Assembly: GCA_016280895.1 (NCBI GenBank)
Contig: JAEEHM010000060.1
Location: 2,338-66,337 of the forward strand
Length of the DNA: 64,000 nucleotides
Source of the DNA: Bacillota bacterium
GTDB lineage: Bacteria; Bacillota_I; Bacilli_A; ML615J-28; CAG-698
Direction of reading: 5' to 3'
Under the pieces are notes generated by a model. The model was not told the origin of the DNA. It was given only the letters and a program-made list of their open reading frames with translations, and made no database searches. The first letter of the stretch is position 1. Every line of letters begins with the position of its first letter. Positions 37,401-46,149 of this stretch are shown piece by piece. The position numbers and the translations under genes are program-made.

Positions 37401-39937
37401 TATACGATAAAATGTCAGAAGGTAAGGTCGGAGAAGACCTTGCTTTTTTGATGACTGATATTGAAGCTTTAAAAGCAAAGTTAGGTGACGTATCTTCTTA
37501 TCAAAATATTTGGGATAATTTTTTCCGAACAATGACAGATGGTAATCACACATTTGAAGAAATGCGTGATGCATTAAATGAAGTTCTTTCTGCTTATGTT
37601 AATGCTACTGTTGATTTACAAAATTTTGATGCCGCTGAAGCTAAAGCGTTATCTACTCAACTTCAACTTGCGGGTGTAACTAAGGAATCTGCTGATGCTT
37701 ATGTTCAAGTATATGTTGATAGAGCCGAAGCAGTTCAGTATGCTACAGAAAAGGGTTATGATTTTGTAGCCCAAATAGATAGTGAAGATTTGGCATTTCT
37801 TGAAGAAGCAGAAGCCGCAGGATATAGTAAAGAACAATTAGCTTTATATGCACTTGAAAAACAAATTGCTAATGGATTAGTTATTTCAACTGCTGCTGAT
37901 TGTGAAAATCTTATACAACTTGCAACTGTAGCTGGCGCTACAAGCGACCAATTAGTTAGACTTAATAAACTTAAAGCTCTATTAGCAAATATTCAAACTG
38001 AAATTGATGCTCATCCAAATGGTATTGTCGCTGCTGCGTTAAGTGTATCAAAAGGTTTAGTACAAACTGAATTTGATAATTTAGTTAATGATGTTTACGC
38101 AGATGCTAAAGCAAAAGCTGCTAATTTCAAGTTTAGTGATAAAAAAGGTAATTCTTCTAAATCCGGTGGTGGCGGTTCAAAAGCCGACAAAGAAGAAGAC
38201 CTTTGGAAGAAAGCATACGAAGAAGAATTAAAAGCATTAGACCATCTTCACGAGATGGAACTAATAAGTGATATTCAGTATTACGAAGAACGTGAACGAT
38301 TAAACGATAAATATTTTAAAGACAATGAAAAATATGCAGAAGAATATAATAAAAATCTTGAAGAGATATACAAAGGTTTTCAATCTGCATATAAACAATA
38401 TGTCGATGATATGTCTGATTATTGGAAGAAGTCTTTAGAATCGAATTTAATCGATTTTAAATCATATTGTTCGCAAATGGAAACTATGTTAAATAGTTTG
38501 CATGATGCTGGAAAAATAGATGATGAAACATATTTTACAAAATTAGGTGATTATTATGGTTCTATAATAGAAAACTATGATAAAGCTATTAATGCCGCTC
38601 AAAGAACAATTAAGAAGCGAATTGATGCTTTAAACGATGAAAAAGAAGCTTTAGAAAAAGATTATCAAAATAGAAAAGATTTAATTCAAAGACAAATTGA
38701 TGGAATTAATGAGCAAATCAATGCAACACAGAAGGAAATTGATAAACTTGAAGAAGCAAATAAACAACGTCAAGCGGCATTGGATATGCAAAAAGCTTTA
38801 TATGAACTTAATAGAGCTGAAAATCAACGCCCTGATTATGTGTATAATTCGGAAAAAGGTTTCGTTTATCAAAATCGTGATACTGATATAAAAGCGGCAC
38901 AGGAAGAACTTGATAATCTTCGTTATGAACAACAGATATCAATTTTAGAACGAACAATTACTACTTTAAATGAACAAATTGATAGCCTCAATGAACAGAT
39001 TGATGGTTTGGATGAAGAATTAGATAGATTAACAGATGCTATTGATTCTCAAATTGATAAACTTCAAGAGTATTCTGACAAATGGGGTGAAGTTAGAAAC
39101 AAATATCAAGAAGCTCAAGAAGATATAATTGCTACTGCTATTTGGGGTTCAGATTGGCAGAATGAGATTCTTTCTATGAATGAAAGCATATTGGTTGATT
39201 TTACAAATAATTATACTGATATGCAACAAAAACAGGTTGAGGCAGCGGTTAATGCAGCAAATGCAAAAATAGCAGCTTACAATGCTGAAATTAGAGCTTT
39301 AAATGATTTGAAAGAAGCTCAAAAATCAGCAGAAAAAACGGCTACAAGTAGTGCTGTTGCTAGTTCGACAAATGTTTCTAGTGGAAAAGCCAAAACTACT
39401 ATTCCAAAAGGCGGAAATAAAAATAAAAATCCAAGTCCATCAGACAATAAAGCAATACGTTATGCTTATAAGGTAGGCTCTACTATTCATTATGTATATG
39501 GTTCAGGAACCGATAATGCTTTACCGGGTTATCATGAAATTGCAGAGTCAGGTGATGAAATTGTTCTTGATAACTATGGAAATGCTTATTTGGCAAAAGG
39601 AAGGCAATTGCATCGATTTGAAGGTGGCGAGAAAGTTTATAATGAAAATGAGACTAGAGAATTATTAAGAGGTAAATATTTACCAATTGATTCTCTTTTC
39701 CCAAATTATTCTGATATGCTTTCTAAAATGTCTAATATGCAAATGTCATTTAGTGGAATTGGTAATAGTGTGGTTTCTAAAAAGCCATCTTTGGGTGGAA
39801 ATACTGAAATTACAAATTCATTTACTGTTACTATTGGTGATATAAATGTAAGTGAAGTAAATGATGCTAGTGCTTTAGCTAAAGCAATTACTAACAAATT
39901 ACCAAATGCCTTATTACAAGAATTAAACAGAAAGTAA
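31478..39937 (+). CDS. tail tape measure protein (2819 aa, TTG start)
   Basis: Very long, coiled-coil-rich ORF. The core LAKVSDTSIRELY...TADWARNGYNL...ALERSSSSFGAANTNLSEAIALLTSANEILQSPEVVGTAFKSMSARL matches the TP901-type TMP core. Hydrophobic segments lie mid-protein. Confidence 0.9.
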   Translation: MADFDLTLGIGYNTKQLNDVCDEIEQQLNKIEAQPQIAPDTHKTIIETKRMMRNIVSDVLDTVSKMPVSEVTAGTITKVFNEQFELIGKNINKITSGVETSLEQSFKKQPALKNELLAPLTEKFKELNISAEQYSSIIETVIANADKMGASVRITENLVKQYQEMLLNLEGIKDSLKQVNLRTMSDDFIASIGDIEKAKNVYDELFASLKNIQGAIKTEQGMLSQARNSSEAVVFETRLNELEAERLKTAIKILAIEEERPSWLKEIHSFKNISGLYGQINDYADGYDVLQNKIGETTNKLREFAYSAKTVVAQDLQVGDILNAGAVNTKIELQITTTTEELINQIRQRLAEVQQQIYDATSLVIPIKYVITTNEKDVLSNTERRNLEKNMTKYVQSSKDDVVVDAGNIFADIEKRGVDTANSVANQAIESIQDIFNDNKIDIQFDTSKAIKNLEEAISNKELSTEIDFSKNLEEANERARKLLELFEQMTNQLKEADVIADDVVELKPSKYSSENIVQMTKKALDEAKKSVEELNSYFVLHPVEIQFDAKKSLDNFTNEISKHEYKEQFDIATSLKKAVDYSAKLLTNLNNIQDIDFKTNFITGFDFANMLGNIENITVELASIASILERIQDAKLNQSITFDLKGANETVDKLSDSIEILANELATSINTNTFGDLDTITDNIANKVTKIKNAVNNITIREGVLNSFKTLQESIDVLSNTKLRNFTTFANTIKNLSTVNSKTLKNIFATFKQINPENIDNISIISEALNKLKDELVELDKTSFSGFLKQLESILSNSEALKSLSNIVEKTGTNLNNISRELSNVDASYVNEVTKIENKLELLGRGKNVSKYTSDYVERLDKLNEKIREFNFEVERINNLAPNLVFQSDKQRIEKLVEEIKEMNFQLSETSKKATSPAKENAILKINTFLRESSKLTREERLQLEQLINRLNNPNLSLDEFREIMTLFNNIKSEAVRAGRAASSFLDAIKNKLKYGWAQSIAMFLSFYDIIRYIREISSTVTELNSNLIELAKVSDTSIRELYNGFDDFGNIAKETGGTINDIIKSTADWARNGYNLPDSKELARLSSIFQNIGDGLSESQANEYLVSILKGFNLEANQALEIMDKINNVSNNAASSVSNIGEALERSSSSFGAANTNLSEAIALLTSANEILQSPEVVGTAFKSMSARLRSSTTELEELGEETTLTTSKLRALVQSLTGVDIQKDENTFKSIYDILLQIGEKWQNLTDIEQASLSEALFGKRNSQVGFAILNNVERLQEIYALAENSAGSAMKEQEKYLQGVQYQIDLFKASVENLVNDFMSSDVLKKIIQTGTKFIDILDTIISKLGAIPPLVTVIGTAIGSKFNPLYKIFSSFLFPQTTTPFVFTVDTDIGALASLGKVKELINEYNTSFSNLERITTNTRLSHEEFIAEVNRGNPVLASYLRILGRDSAATYSAYRRELIRTTLATSALRVATMALQGIIFGVITAGISALVSKWKEYHKTSEKIIENGEKARQTLKDVNNELQNQQKIVSDSARKFALLSQEVNQLTGKNISLSDSDYEEFLRISNELVEVFPSLTHHYDENGNAIVDLSGDVDTIVGSLQNLVDVEKQLAKEKVIESFDDSIEGALEKDKEYAKEIAKIEEEISLKKYNIEKIQSGLKKGEVQRQDIKDWEKFLLTLEGLNISYSINDLQDIITLTNPLDSNTIKNIVNTYDSEYQQLLDKLQLKAIERSKEVNTVIVETLKAFLDYSDIDEELKTALSNILTNFNFTEAGLDETKEVRDFIENLIVQFSTMPKAQQEAYVLAFDLRTRFNNDEISIKEYEKQLSKLLLLTDNLFFDTDPAKNKKQKQEFVKSLAAVFDLDVDSSGKIVNNAVDSLAKEFQNAGLGKKVSKSLAKSLTKTELEEALQLSDVDWKEILKVEDGEKTVKDFVSILRHYLNQKSYKIKLDTKTIENTTDGIKELQSTYQSLYDKMSEGKVGEDLAFLMTDIEALKAKLGDVSSYQNIWDNFFRTMTDGNHTFEEMRDALNEVLSAYVNATVDLQNFDAAEAKALSTQLQLAGVTKESADAYVQVYVDRAEAVQYATEKGYDFVAQIDSEDLAFLEEAEAAGYSKEQLALYALEKQIANGLVISTAADCENLIQLATVAGATSDQLVRLNKLKALLANIQTEIDAHPNGIVAAALSVSKGLVQTEFDNLVNDVYADAKAKAANFKFSDKKGNSSKSGGGGSKADKEEDLWKKAYEEELKALDHLHEMELISDIQYYEERERLNDKYFKDNEKYAEEYNKNLEEIYKGFQSAYKQYVDDMSDYWKKSLESNLIDFKSYCSQMETMLNSLHDAGKIDDETYFTKLGDYYGSIIENYDKAINAAQRTIKKRIDALNDEKEALEKDYQNRKDLIQRQIDGINEQINATQKEIDKLEEANKQRQAALDMQKALYELNRAENQRPDYVYNSEKGFVYQNRDTDIKAAQEELDNLRYEQQISILERTITTLNEQIDSLNEQIDGLDEELDRLTDAIDSQIDKLQEYSDKWGEVRNKYQEAQEDIIATAIWGSDWQNEILSMNESILVDFTNNYTDMQQKQVEAAVNAANAKIAAYNAEIRALNDLKEAQKSAEKTATSSAVASSTNVSSGKAKTTIPKGGNKNKNPSPSDNKAIRYAYKVGSTIHYVYGSGTDNALPGYHEIAESGDEIVLDNYGNAYLAKGRQLHRFEGGEKVYNENETRELLRGKYLPIDSLFPNYSDMLSKMSNMQMSFSGIGNSVVSKKPSLGGNTEITNSFTVTIGDINVSEVNDASALAKAITNKLPNALLQELNRK

Positions 39938-39946
39938 CTATTAATG

Positions 39947-39972
39947 GGCGGTGCTTATGCGCCGCCTTTTTT
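39947..39972 (+). terminator. rho-independent terminator
   Basis: GGCGGTGC pairs with GCGCCGCC across a TTAT loop, followed by TTTTTT. Confidence 0.8.
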
Positions 39973-39986
39973 GAGAGGAAATTGTC

Positions 39987-41552
39987 ATGGAAATAAATAA
40001 TAAAGAATTGACGGAAATGGTAAATGTTTTAGCTAAACAAATTGTAAATGTAGCTAAAATATCATTTACTGAGTACAATCGTACTTTTGTTTCCGTGATA
40101 AAAGCTATAGGAAGTAAAAATACATATACAATTTTAGATGAATATAATATTGAAAGAGTTGTTCCTATGGGAGTTCCTTATATTTCTTTATCAATAGGAC
40201 AAAGGGTTTATGTAACTGTTCCAAATGGAGATATAAATAAAATGTATATAAGTGGTATTTATATGCAAACAAATAGAGGTCAAGTAAATATGGGAACCTC
40301 TACTATTTCGCCTAATTCAATCGGTGCTTATTCTTCTGCTCAAGTTGATAATTTGTTGTCTGACAAAGCACAAAAATACCATGCTTCTTCTTCAACAGAT
40401 TTTGGACTTGGAACAGGTAGTTTATATGGGCATGTAAAAGTTATAAATGGATTAACTCAAAATTCTCATGTAGATGGTACTGCTCTATCTGCTTATCAAG
40501 GAAAAGTTTTAAAAGGATTAATTGATGATGAAATTATTGATAGAGGTGCAGCAATTAATGATTTGAATGCAACTGACCCGTCGGCTAGTGGTTCTTCTAT
40601 TTCATTTATAGATTCTGTTTCACAAACTAAAGGTAAAATTAGTGCTACAAAAAAAAGTGTGCGCATTGCATCATCAAGTCAAACTGGAGTTGTTAAGCCT
40701 GATGATGAAACAATTGCTGTAGATTCAAATGGTACTATATCTGTAAAATCTGTTGCTGATAGAACTACTAGAAGTACTCTAGATTTAATCGATAATACAG
40801 ACATTATAACGTCGGAAAATGCATCCAGTGGATTTGATAGTTCAAATAATATATTCAGAAGAAAAGCATTATATATATGGAATTATATTAAATCTAAAAT
40901 TTCTTTAATGTGTGGGAAAATTATAATAGCTACAGATGAAAGTTATAATGCTACTTCTGTAAATCCTATTGTTTCAGCAACATATAAAAATGAAGATGGT
41001 TCAATAACATTAAATGCTAATGGAATAATATCTATTGTTGGTACTGATTCGGCTGTAAATACAAAACCATCTGTATCTATTGGAGCTAAAGGTTCAACGT
41101 TTATTCATGGTGGGGATTGTGGCACTACATTTCCAGAGGAAGCAAATATTTATGACGATAATAATTTATATTTATTGTCTGATGATTCTATTTGTCTGTA
41201 TCCAAATTGTAGTAGTGATTCTTCTACTATCTCATCTCCTATTACTTTTTATGAAAATAGTATAGGTGGTGCTAATTGTAATTATTATGGAACGTGCGAT
41301 ACTCAAGATTCAGAACCCGATAAAGAGGTTATTGTAACAGATTCTAATTTTCAATTAGTAGTCGGTGCTATAGTTGGAATTAAATTTGATGAAACGAATT
41401 TAGCAAATAACATTACTTTAAATGTAAATGATACAGGTGCTATATCAATATATTCTAGTGGTGCCGTTGTAACTACAGGTGATGGTGGTTGTATTGCGAA
41501 CTATGTAAGTTTTTATATGTATAACGGTACTTATTGGTGCAAAATGTTTTAG
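39987..41552 (+). CDS. tail fibre-like protein
   Basis: 521 aa. SLYGHVKVINGLTQNSHVDGTALSAYQGKVLK is a motif common in phage fibre proteins. First gene after the TMP. Confidence 0.5.
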   Translation: MEINNKELTEMVNVLAKQIVNVAKISFTEYNRTFVSVIKAIGSKNTYTILDEYNIERVVPMGVPYISLSIGQRVYVTVPNGDINKMYISGIYMQTNRGQVNMGTSTISPNSIGAYSSAQVDNLLSDKAQKYHASSSTDFGLGTGSLYGHVKVINGLTQNSHVDGTALSAYQGKVLKGLIDDEIIDRGAAINDLNATDPSASGSSISFIDSVSQTKGKISATKKSVRIASSSQTGVVKPDDETIAVDSNGTISVKSVADRTTRSTLDLIDNTDIITSENASSGFDSSNNIFRRKALYIWNYIKSKISLMCGKIIIATDESYNATSVNPIVSATYKNEDGSITLNANGIISIVGTDSAVNTKPSVSIGAKGSTFIHGGDCGTTFPEEANIYDDNNLYLLSDDSICLYPNCSSDSSTISSPITFYENSIGGANCNYYGTCDTQDSEPDKEVIVTDSNFQLVVGAIVGIKFDETNLANNITLNVNDTGAISIYSSGAVVTTGDGGCIANYVSFYMYNGTYWCKMF

Positions 41553-41567
41553 CGGAGGGATTAAAAG

Positions 41568-42626
41568 ATGTCAAAACCTATTATATATAGCTTAGATGCT
41601 ATGTCTTACGAAGAAGATAATATGATTCCCTTCACTTATTCGGGAGGAATTATAAAAAAAAGTGAGATTAGAATATCTAATTCTTCTGATAATGAAGTAA
41701 TTTATAGCGGAACTCAAACTTCGGGAAGTACTCAATTTTTGTTGCCGGCAGATTCAATAGATGTAACTACTTATGGTACTCAATATTATGTACAAATAAG
41801 AGTGACAGAAAATGATAATACTAAAAGTTCTTGGAGTGATACAAGATTTGTATACTTCATTACTACTCCTACTTTTAGATTTTCTAATATTTCAGAAGAT
41901 GAAGTTATTGGACAGTCATATGTTGAATTGCAATTATTATATTATCAATTAGAAAGTGAACAACTTCAAGAAGTAATATATTATCTTTATGATTCATCAA
42001 AGACATTATTAGCTTCAAGTGGTGTTAATTATGATGTTTCAGTGCTTAAATATAAATTTAATGGGCTTACTGATGGAATTTATTATGTAAGAGCTAAAGG
42101 TGAAACAGTCCATGGCTATCAAGTAGATACAGGGTATATTAAGATAAATATTGATTATATTATACCCGAAACATTTTCAAACTTTTATCTTACAAATAAT
42201 TATAATTCAGGACAAATTGAATATGAAACTAATATTATATCTGTTGATTATCATGGTGATGATGAGTTTGAGTATGAAGATGGTTATATTAATTTAATTG
42301 AAAAGACTTTAATTTATGATAGAGGATATAATGTAGCTGATAATTGCACTTTCATCATTAAGGGAAAAGATATGTACAGAAGTGAGGTTGTGTTTTTTTC
42401 CTTACATGATTCAAATAAAAAGTTTGGATTTTATATAACAGCATATATTTATGATGATGATAAAATTAGATATAAGTTGGTAGCCAATAACGGTTTAGAT
42501 AATTATATCCTATATTCTCCTCCTATAGATGAACTTGAGTCGTCTGATTTAGTTGCATTTTGGGTTAGAAAAAAAGAAAGTATTTATTCATTCAAAGTTT
42601 ATATAAATGAAGTGGAGGTGGTATAA
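41568..42626 (+). CDS. tail tip / distal tail protein candidate
   Basis: 352-aa ORF in the post-TMP operon. Called on position only. Confidence 0.35.
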   Translation: MSKPIIYSLDAMSYEEDNMIPFTYSGGIIKKSEIRISNSSDNEVIYSGTQTSGSTQFLLPADSIDVTTYGTQYYVQIRVTENDNTKSSWSDTRFVYFITTPTFRFSNISEDEVIGQSYVELQLLYYQLESEQLQEVIYYLYDSSKTLLASSGVNYDVSVLKYKFNGLTDGIYYVRAKGETVHGYQVDTGYIKINIDYIIPETFSNFYLTNNYNSGQIEYETNIISVDYHGDDEFEYEDGYINLIEKTLIYDRGYNVADNCTFIIKGKDMYRSEVVFFSLHDSNKKFGFYITAYIYDDDKIRYKLVANNGLDNYILYSPPIDELESSDLVAFWVRKKESIYSFKVYINEVEVV

Positions 42627-43544
42627 ATGGTATTTTATGGTACTACATTTATTGGTGGTTTATATACTGCTCAACCTACTCCAACTAATGCTGAAAATTT
42701 AACCTATTTGACATTACATGGTGGAAAATATAGTGATTTGTATGGTACAAAAGAAGTTGAATCTCAACCTACTCTTGATATACCTGATGAATGGAATTGG
42801 AATACAATAATGCGTGCTGATTTTTCAACTGGAACTACAGTGGCGGGTAATGTTGATTGGTTAGCAGAAAATGTATCTGTTGTAGCTATTAAACGAAGAA
42901 TTCAAGGTACTTTTGATTGGTATACCGTTGCAACCTATCCAATTGAAGTTGAGGAAGATTTTACATTTAAGGGAGTTGATAGATTCAATCAATCAAATGT
43001 TACATATGAATATGCAATTGTTCCATATGATTTAGAAAACAATCCGGGTGTTTATAGTATAATACCTGTGGATTCAAATTTTGATGCTTTATTTGTAGTA
43101 GGAGCTGATGCAACTTATAAAACTTTTCATACAAGTGGCAATATAGACACTACTAGAAATATAACAGGAAATTATAATGTTCCGTTAAATGACCGCTATC
43201 CAGTTTTCTTCCATTCAGGTTTAATGAATTTTGATTCAGGTTCAGTAGATGGAGCATTTTATGATTTAGATGAAGCATGTCAAATGGTTGAAGATGTTGG
43301 ATATTTTTATAAAAAAGGTCTCATGGATTTCTTGACGGATGGAAACCCAAAAGTTTTAAAACATTCAGATGGACGAATTTGGCTTATACAAGTCGTTCCG
43401 AGTCCAACTGATAGTGCTCAAAATACTTATAAAATTAGAAATATTACATTTAATTGGATTCAAACAGGTGAACATGATGATAATGAGGATATGTATTGGG
43501 CTAATCTAAATGATGTTGAAGAGATTTATTGGGATAGAATTTAA
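42627..43544 (+). CDS. tail tip / baseplate protein candidate
   Basis: 305-aa ORF starting immediately after the previous TAA (the ATG directly abuts the stop). Called on position only. Confidence 0.35.
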   Translation: MVFYGTTFIGGLYTAQPTPTNAENLTYLTLHGGKYSDLYGTKEVESQPTLDIPDEWNWNTIMRADFSTGTTVAGNVDWLAENVSVVAIKRRIQGTFDWYTVATYPIEVEEDFTFKGVDRFNQSNVTYEYAIVPYDLENNPGVYSIIPVDSNFDALFVVGADATYKTFHTSGNIDTTRNITGNYNVPLNDRYPVFFHSGLMNFDSGSVDGAFYDLDEACQMVEDVGYFYKKGLMDFLTDGNPKVLKHSDGRIWLIQVVPSPTDSAQNTYKIRNITFNWIQTGEHDDNEDMYWANLNDVEEIYWDRI

Positions 43545-43559
43545 TGGAGGTGAATAATT

Positions 43560-45245
43560 ATGGGTGTAACTATTACAAACGAAGATATTCGCCTTATAAA
43601 ACAACCTAGTGTTGAATGTTTTATTAAAATATCGGTATTAAATGATGACGGAACTGTTCTAGATTCTTTAGATGGAATTATACAGGGTGGTTCTAATAGT
43701 GTTGATGCTAATTCTGACATTAGAAGGACTTGTAATTTTATTATTATTCCAACAAGAAAACAAAATATATCTGTTAACGAAACATCTTATATATGGCTTA
43801 ATAGAAATATAAAAATGGAAGTTGGAATAAAAAATACTAGAACAAATGAGATTAAATGGTATTCTCAGGGTCATTATATCTATACTGATACAAGTGGTAA
43901 TTACGATTCAAGTACTAATACTCTTCAAGTAAATTGTGCAGATTTTATGGCTTTATTAGATGGCTCTAGAAATGGTGTTTTAGGTCAATTACAAACTATT
44001 ATCCCTGCTTATAAAGAAAATTCTACAACAGGTGAAATAATACAACATAATTATATTAGAGATGCTATTATTCGTACTGTAACTCAGTTAGGAAGAATAA
44101 AAGATATTCAAGTTGAGGATGTTGGTGAGTATAAAGGTTTAGAATCTAAAAATCCTGAGGGTTATATTGCATACCGAAATGCTAATCCAACATGGAATTG
44201 TATTCCGTATGATTTAGAATTTTCTAGTGGAGATACTGTTTTATCTATTCTTACTACATTAAGAGATTTATACCCAAATTATGAAATGTTTTTTGATATA
44301 AATAATGTTTTCGTATGTCAAATGAAACCTAGTGGATATGATGATGATGTTGTTTTAAGCAATGAATATATTCAACAAATATTGATTTCTGAAAATACAG
44401 AATCTACTAGTAGTACTTTTACAGAAGTAAAAAATATATCGGAAGTATGGGGTGATATAATTGAAGCTGATTATTATACAGAAAGCGGTGTTACTTATAC
44501 TAACAATACCTATGTTGTACCTAATAGTGCTTATGTAGACCCAATTGCCGGTGAGCCAAAATATTATAATGGTGATAAAATTGCTTTTAAAGTTCCATTA
44601 ACTAATCAAGCAAACCCGTTAGTTAATATAGCAAATTTGGGAGCAATTCCTATTTATGATGGGGAAAATTTGAGTAGATTAAAAGCAGGTGTTCTTGTAA
44701 CTGGTCGAACTTATACTTTTCAAATAAAAAGAAAATATGTAAATGGAAGCTATGATATACGTGCAGTTTATTTAGGACAATATCAACCTCACGGAATGAC
44801 AGTTCTTTTAAATTATGAACATCATTCAGAAAGATATGTTGTTCCAAGTGGAATTGAAGTGGAAAAATATAGTCCTGAATATTTTTATGAAATGTATGAT
44901 ATTTCACCAAGTGCTCTTACAAGAACAATTAATGAAGATTCTCCATTTGCTATTGAAAGAATTGGGTCAATTTTACAGGTTGAAAATAAAGAAACTTGTA
45001 CTTCTGATGATTTGGCACTTGCTCAATCTAATTATAATAATTTTGTTTCAACTAGATTAACCGACAACATTACAATTACTACTCTTCTAGCTCCATTTTT
45101 GGATGTTAATATCAAAGTTTCATATAAACCATATAATGCTGAAAGTGCAAATCAATACATAATCGATTCTATATCACATGATTTCCAAAATGGAACAACT
45201 TCTATTACAATGCATAGATTTTATCCACTATATTCGTGGATTTAG
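43560..45245 (+). CDS. tail tip / baseplate protein candidate
   Basis: 561-aa ORF in the post-TMP operon with GGAGGTGA SD. Called on position only. Confidence 0.35.
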   Translation: MGVTITNEDIRLIKQPSVECFIKISVLNDDGTVLDSLDGIIQGGSNSVDANSDIRRTCNFIIIPTRKQNISVNETSYIWLNRNIKMEVGIKNTRTNEIKWYSQGHYIYTDTSGNYDSSTNTLQVNCADFMALLDGSRNGVLGQLQTIIPAYKENSTTGEIIQHNYIRDAIIRTVTQLGRIKDIQVEDVGEYKGLESKNPEGYIAYRNANPTWNCIPYDLEFSSGDTVLSILTTLRDLYPNYEMFFDINNVFVCQMKPSGYDDDVVLSNEYIQQILISENTESTSSTFTEVKNISEVWGDIIEADYYTESGVTYTNNTYVVPNSAYVDPIAGEPKYYNGDKIAFKVPLTNQANPLVNIANLGAIPIYDGENLSRLKAGVLVTGRTYTFQIKRKYVNGSYDIRAVYLGQYQPHGMTVLLNYEHHSERYVVPSGIEVEKYSPEYFYEMYDISPSALTRTINEDSPFAIERIGSILQVENKETCTSDDLALAQSNYNNFVSTRLTDNITITTLLAPFLDVNIKVSYKPYNAESANQYIIDSISHDFQNGTTSITMHRFYPLYSWI

Positions 45246-45257
45246 AAAGGATATATT

Positions 45258-45587
45258 ATGGCAAAATTTACACATGAATATTCTAATTTCCCCGATGAAT
45301 TAATTACTATAGTGGGATATAAGAATGTAAATGATACAATAGGTGAATTAATTAATCAGATTAACGCATACCGTTTAGATGGAAATTATGCTGCTGCTCA
45401 AATTCTTATAGATGAATATGCAACTCAACTAAAAAAATATAATCTCGATATGGAAATTATTAATACTATGGTTGAAGAAATTAGAAACACGCAAATCAAG
45501 TCTTATGTCGCAGGTCAATTTCTTTCTATTGAAGAAGAAGAACCTGATGGTGTATGGGAAAATTTTGTTTGGTTAGGTGGTGATTAA
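45258..45587 (+). CDS. hypothetical tail-module protein
   Basis: 109-aa ORF with GAAAGGA SD. Confidence 0.35.
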   Translation: MAKFTHEYSNFPDELITIVGYKNVNDTIGELINQINAYRLDGNYAAAQILIDEYATQLKKYNLDMEIINTMVEEIRNTQIKSYVAGQFLSIEEEEPDGVWENFVWLGGD

Positions 45588-45588
45588 T

Positions 45589-46011
45589 ATGGCGGAAACT
45601 ACAAGATATAATCCGGAATCAAACTATCCGCTTGAAATTGATGATTTATTATGTTTATCTGATGTTAACTTGGAACAATTGCCCATTTCAGAGCAACATA
45701 AAGATTTTTGTTTAAACGGTCAATATACTGATGCTGGTGAACTATTAGAAAATACAACAATGCATTCTTTATGTGCTAGTTTATTTTGTTTATTGGAAAA
45801 TAGAATTTATGCTACACAAGACCATATTAATAATAAACATTCAAGGTGGTATGAAGTTTATGGAGAAGAATCTCCATTTGAATTCTTTGATGAACCAACT
45901 AATAAAACTATTAAGCCTATATGGGCTAATGTAGAGGATTTAAGCAGGGTTAATATAGGTCATGTTAGTGGCAGCTATGTTTTGTCTAATGCGGGCGGTT
46001 TTAGACCATAA
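45589..46011 (+). CDS. hypothetical tail-module protein
   Basis: ATG at 45589 follows AGGTGGTGA. Last + strand structural gene before the CRISPR unit. Confidence 0.35.
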   Translation: MAETTRYNPESNYPLEIDDLLCLSDVNLEQLPISEQHKDFCLNGQYTDAGELLENTTMHSLCASLFCLLENRIYATQDHINNKHSRWYEVYGEESPFEFFDEPTNKTIKPIWANVEDLSRVNIGHVSGSYVLSNAGGFRP

Positions 46012-46016
46012 TTTTA

Positions 46017-46044
46017 TTGAATTAATTATGTAAACTGATATAAT
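46017..46044 (+). promoter_or_regulatory. promoter of the CRISPR array (leader)
   Basis: TTGAAT (46017-46022), a 16-nt spacer, then TATAAT (46039-46044) with an extended -10 TG at 46036-46037. A CATGGTT/AACCATG hairpin follows in the leader. Confidence 0.55.
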
Positions 46045-46149
46045 GGTTACATGGTTTGTTACTAACCATGGGAAACCAAAATTAATCTACGAAATTTGTG
46101 AATGCTAATACTATTTAGTGTTAGAGATAACAAACGTACTAGATTTGAC

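Noticed and set aside
2045-39897. Many ORF-track entries that lie inside or antisense to longer genes, e.g. 2045-2251(-), 3181-3537(+), 3378-3638(-), 6420-6773(-), 22417-22680(+), 27752-28102(-), 27783-28166(+), 28368-28703(+), 31600-31917(-), 33391-33930(-), 36229-36540(-) and 39706-39897(-).
   Set aside because: They are fully embedded in much longer ORFs with clear domain content. They lack SD sequences and have low-complexity, Leu/Ile/Phe/Ser-rich translations typical of shadow frames in AT-rich DNA.
46091-46126. A tracrRNA anti-repeat in the CRISPR leader.
   Set aside because: The similarity is same-sense on the + strand and involves the 3' half of the repeat. A minus-strand transcript would pair with the part of the repeat normally trimmed from type II crRNAs. 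No downstream hairpin or terminator architecture fits a tracrRNA, so a degenerate repeat relic is more likely.
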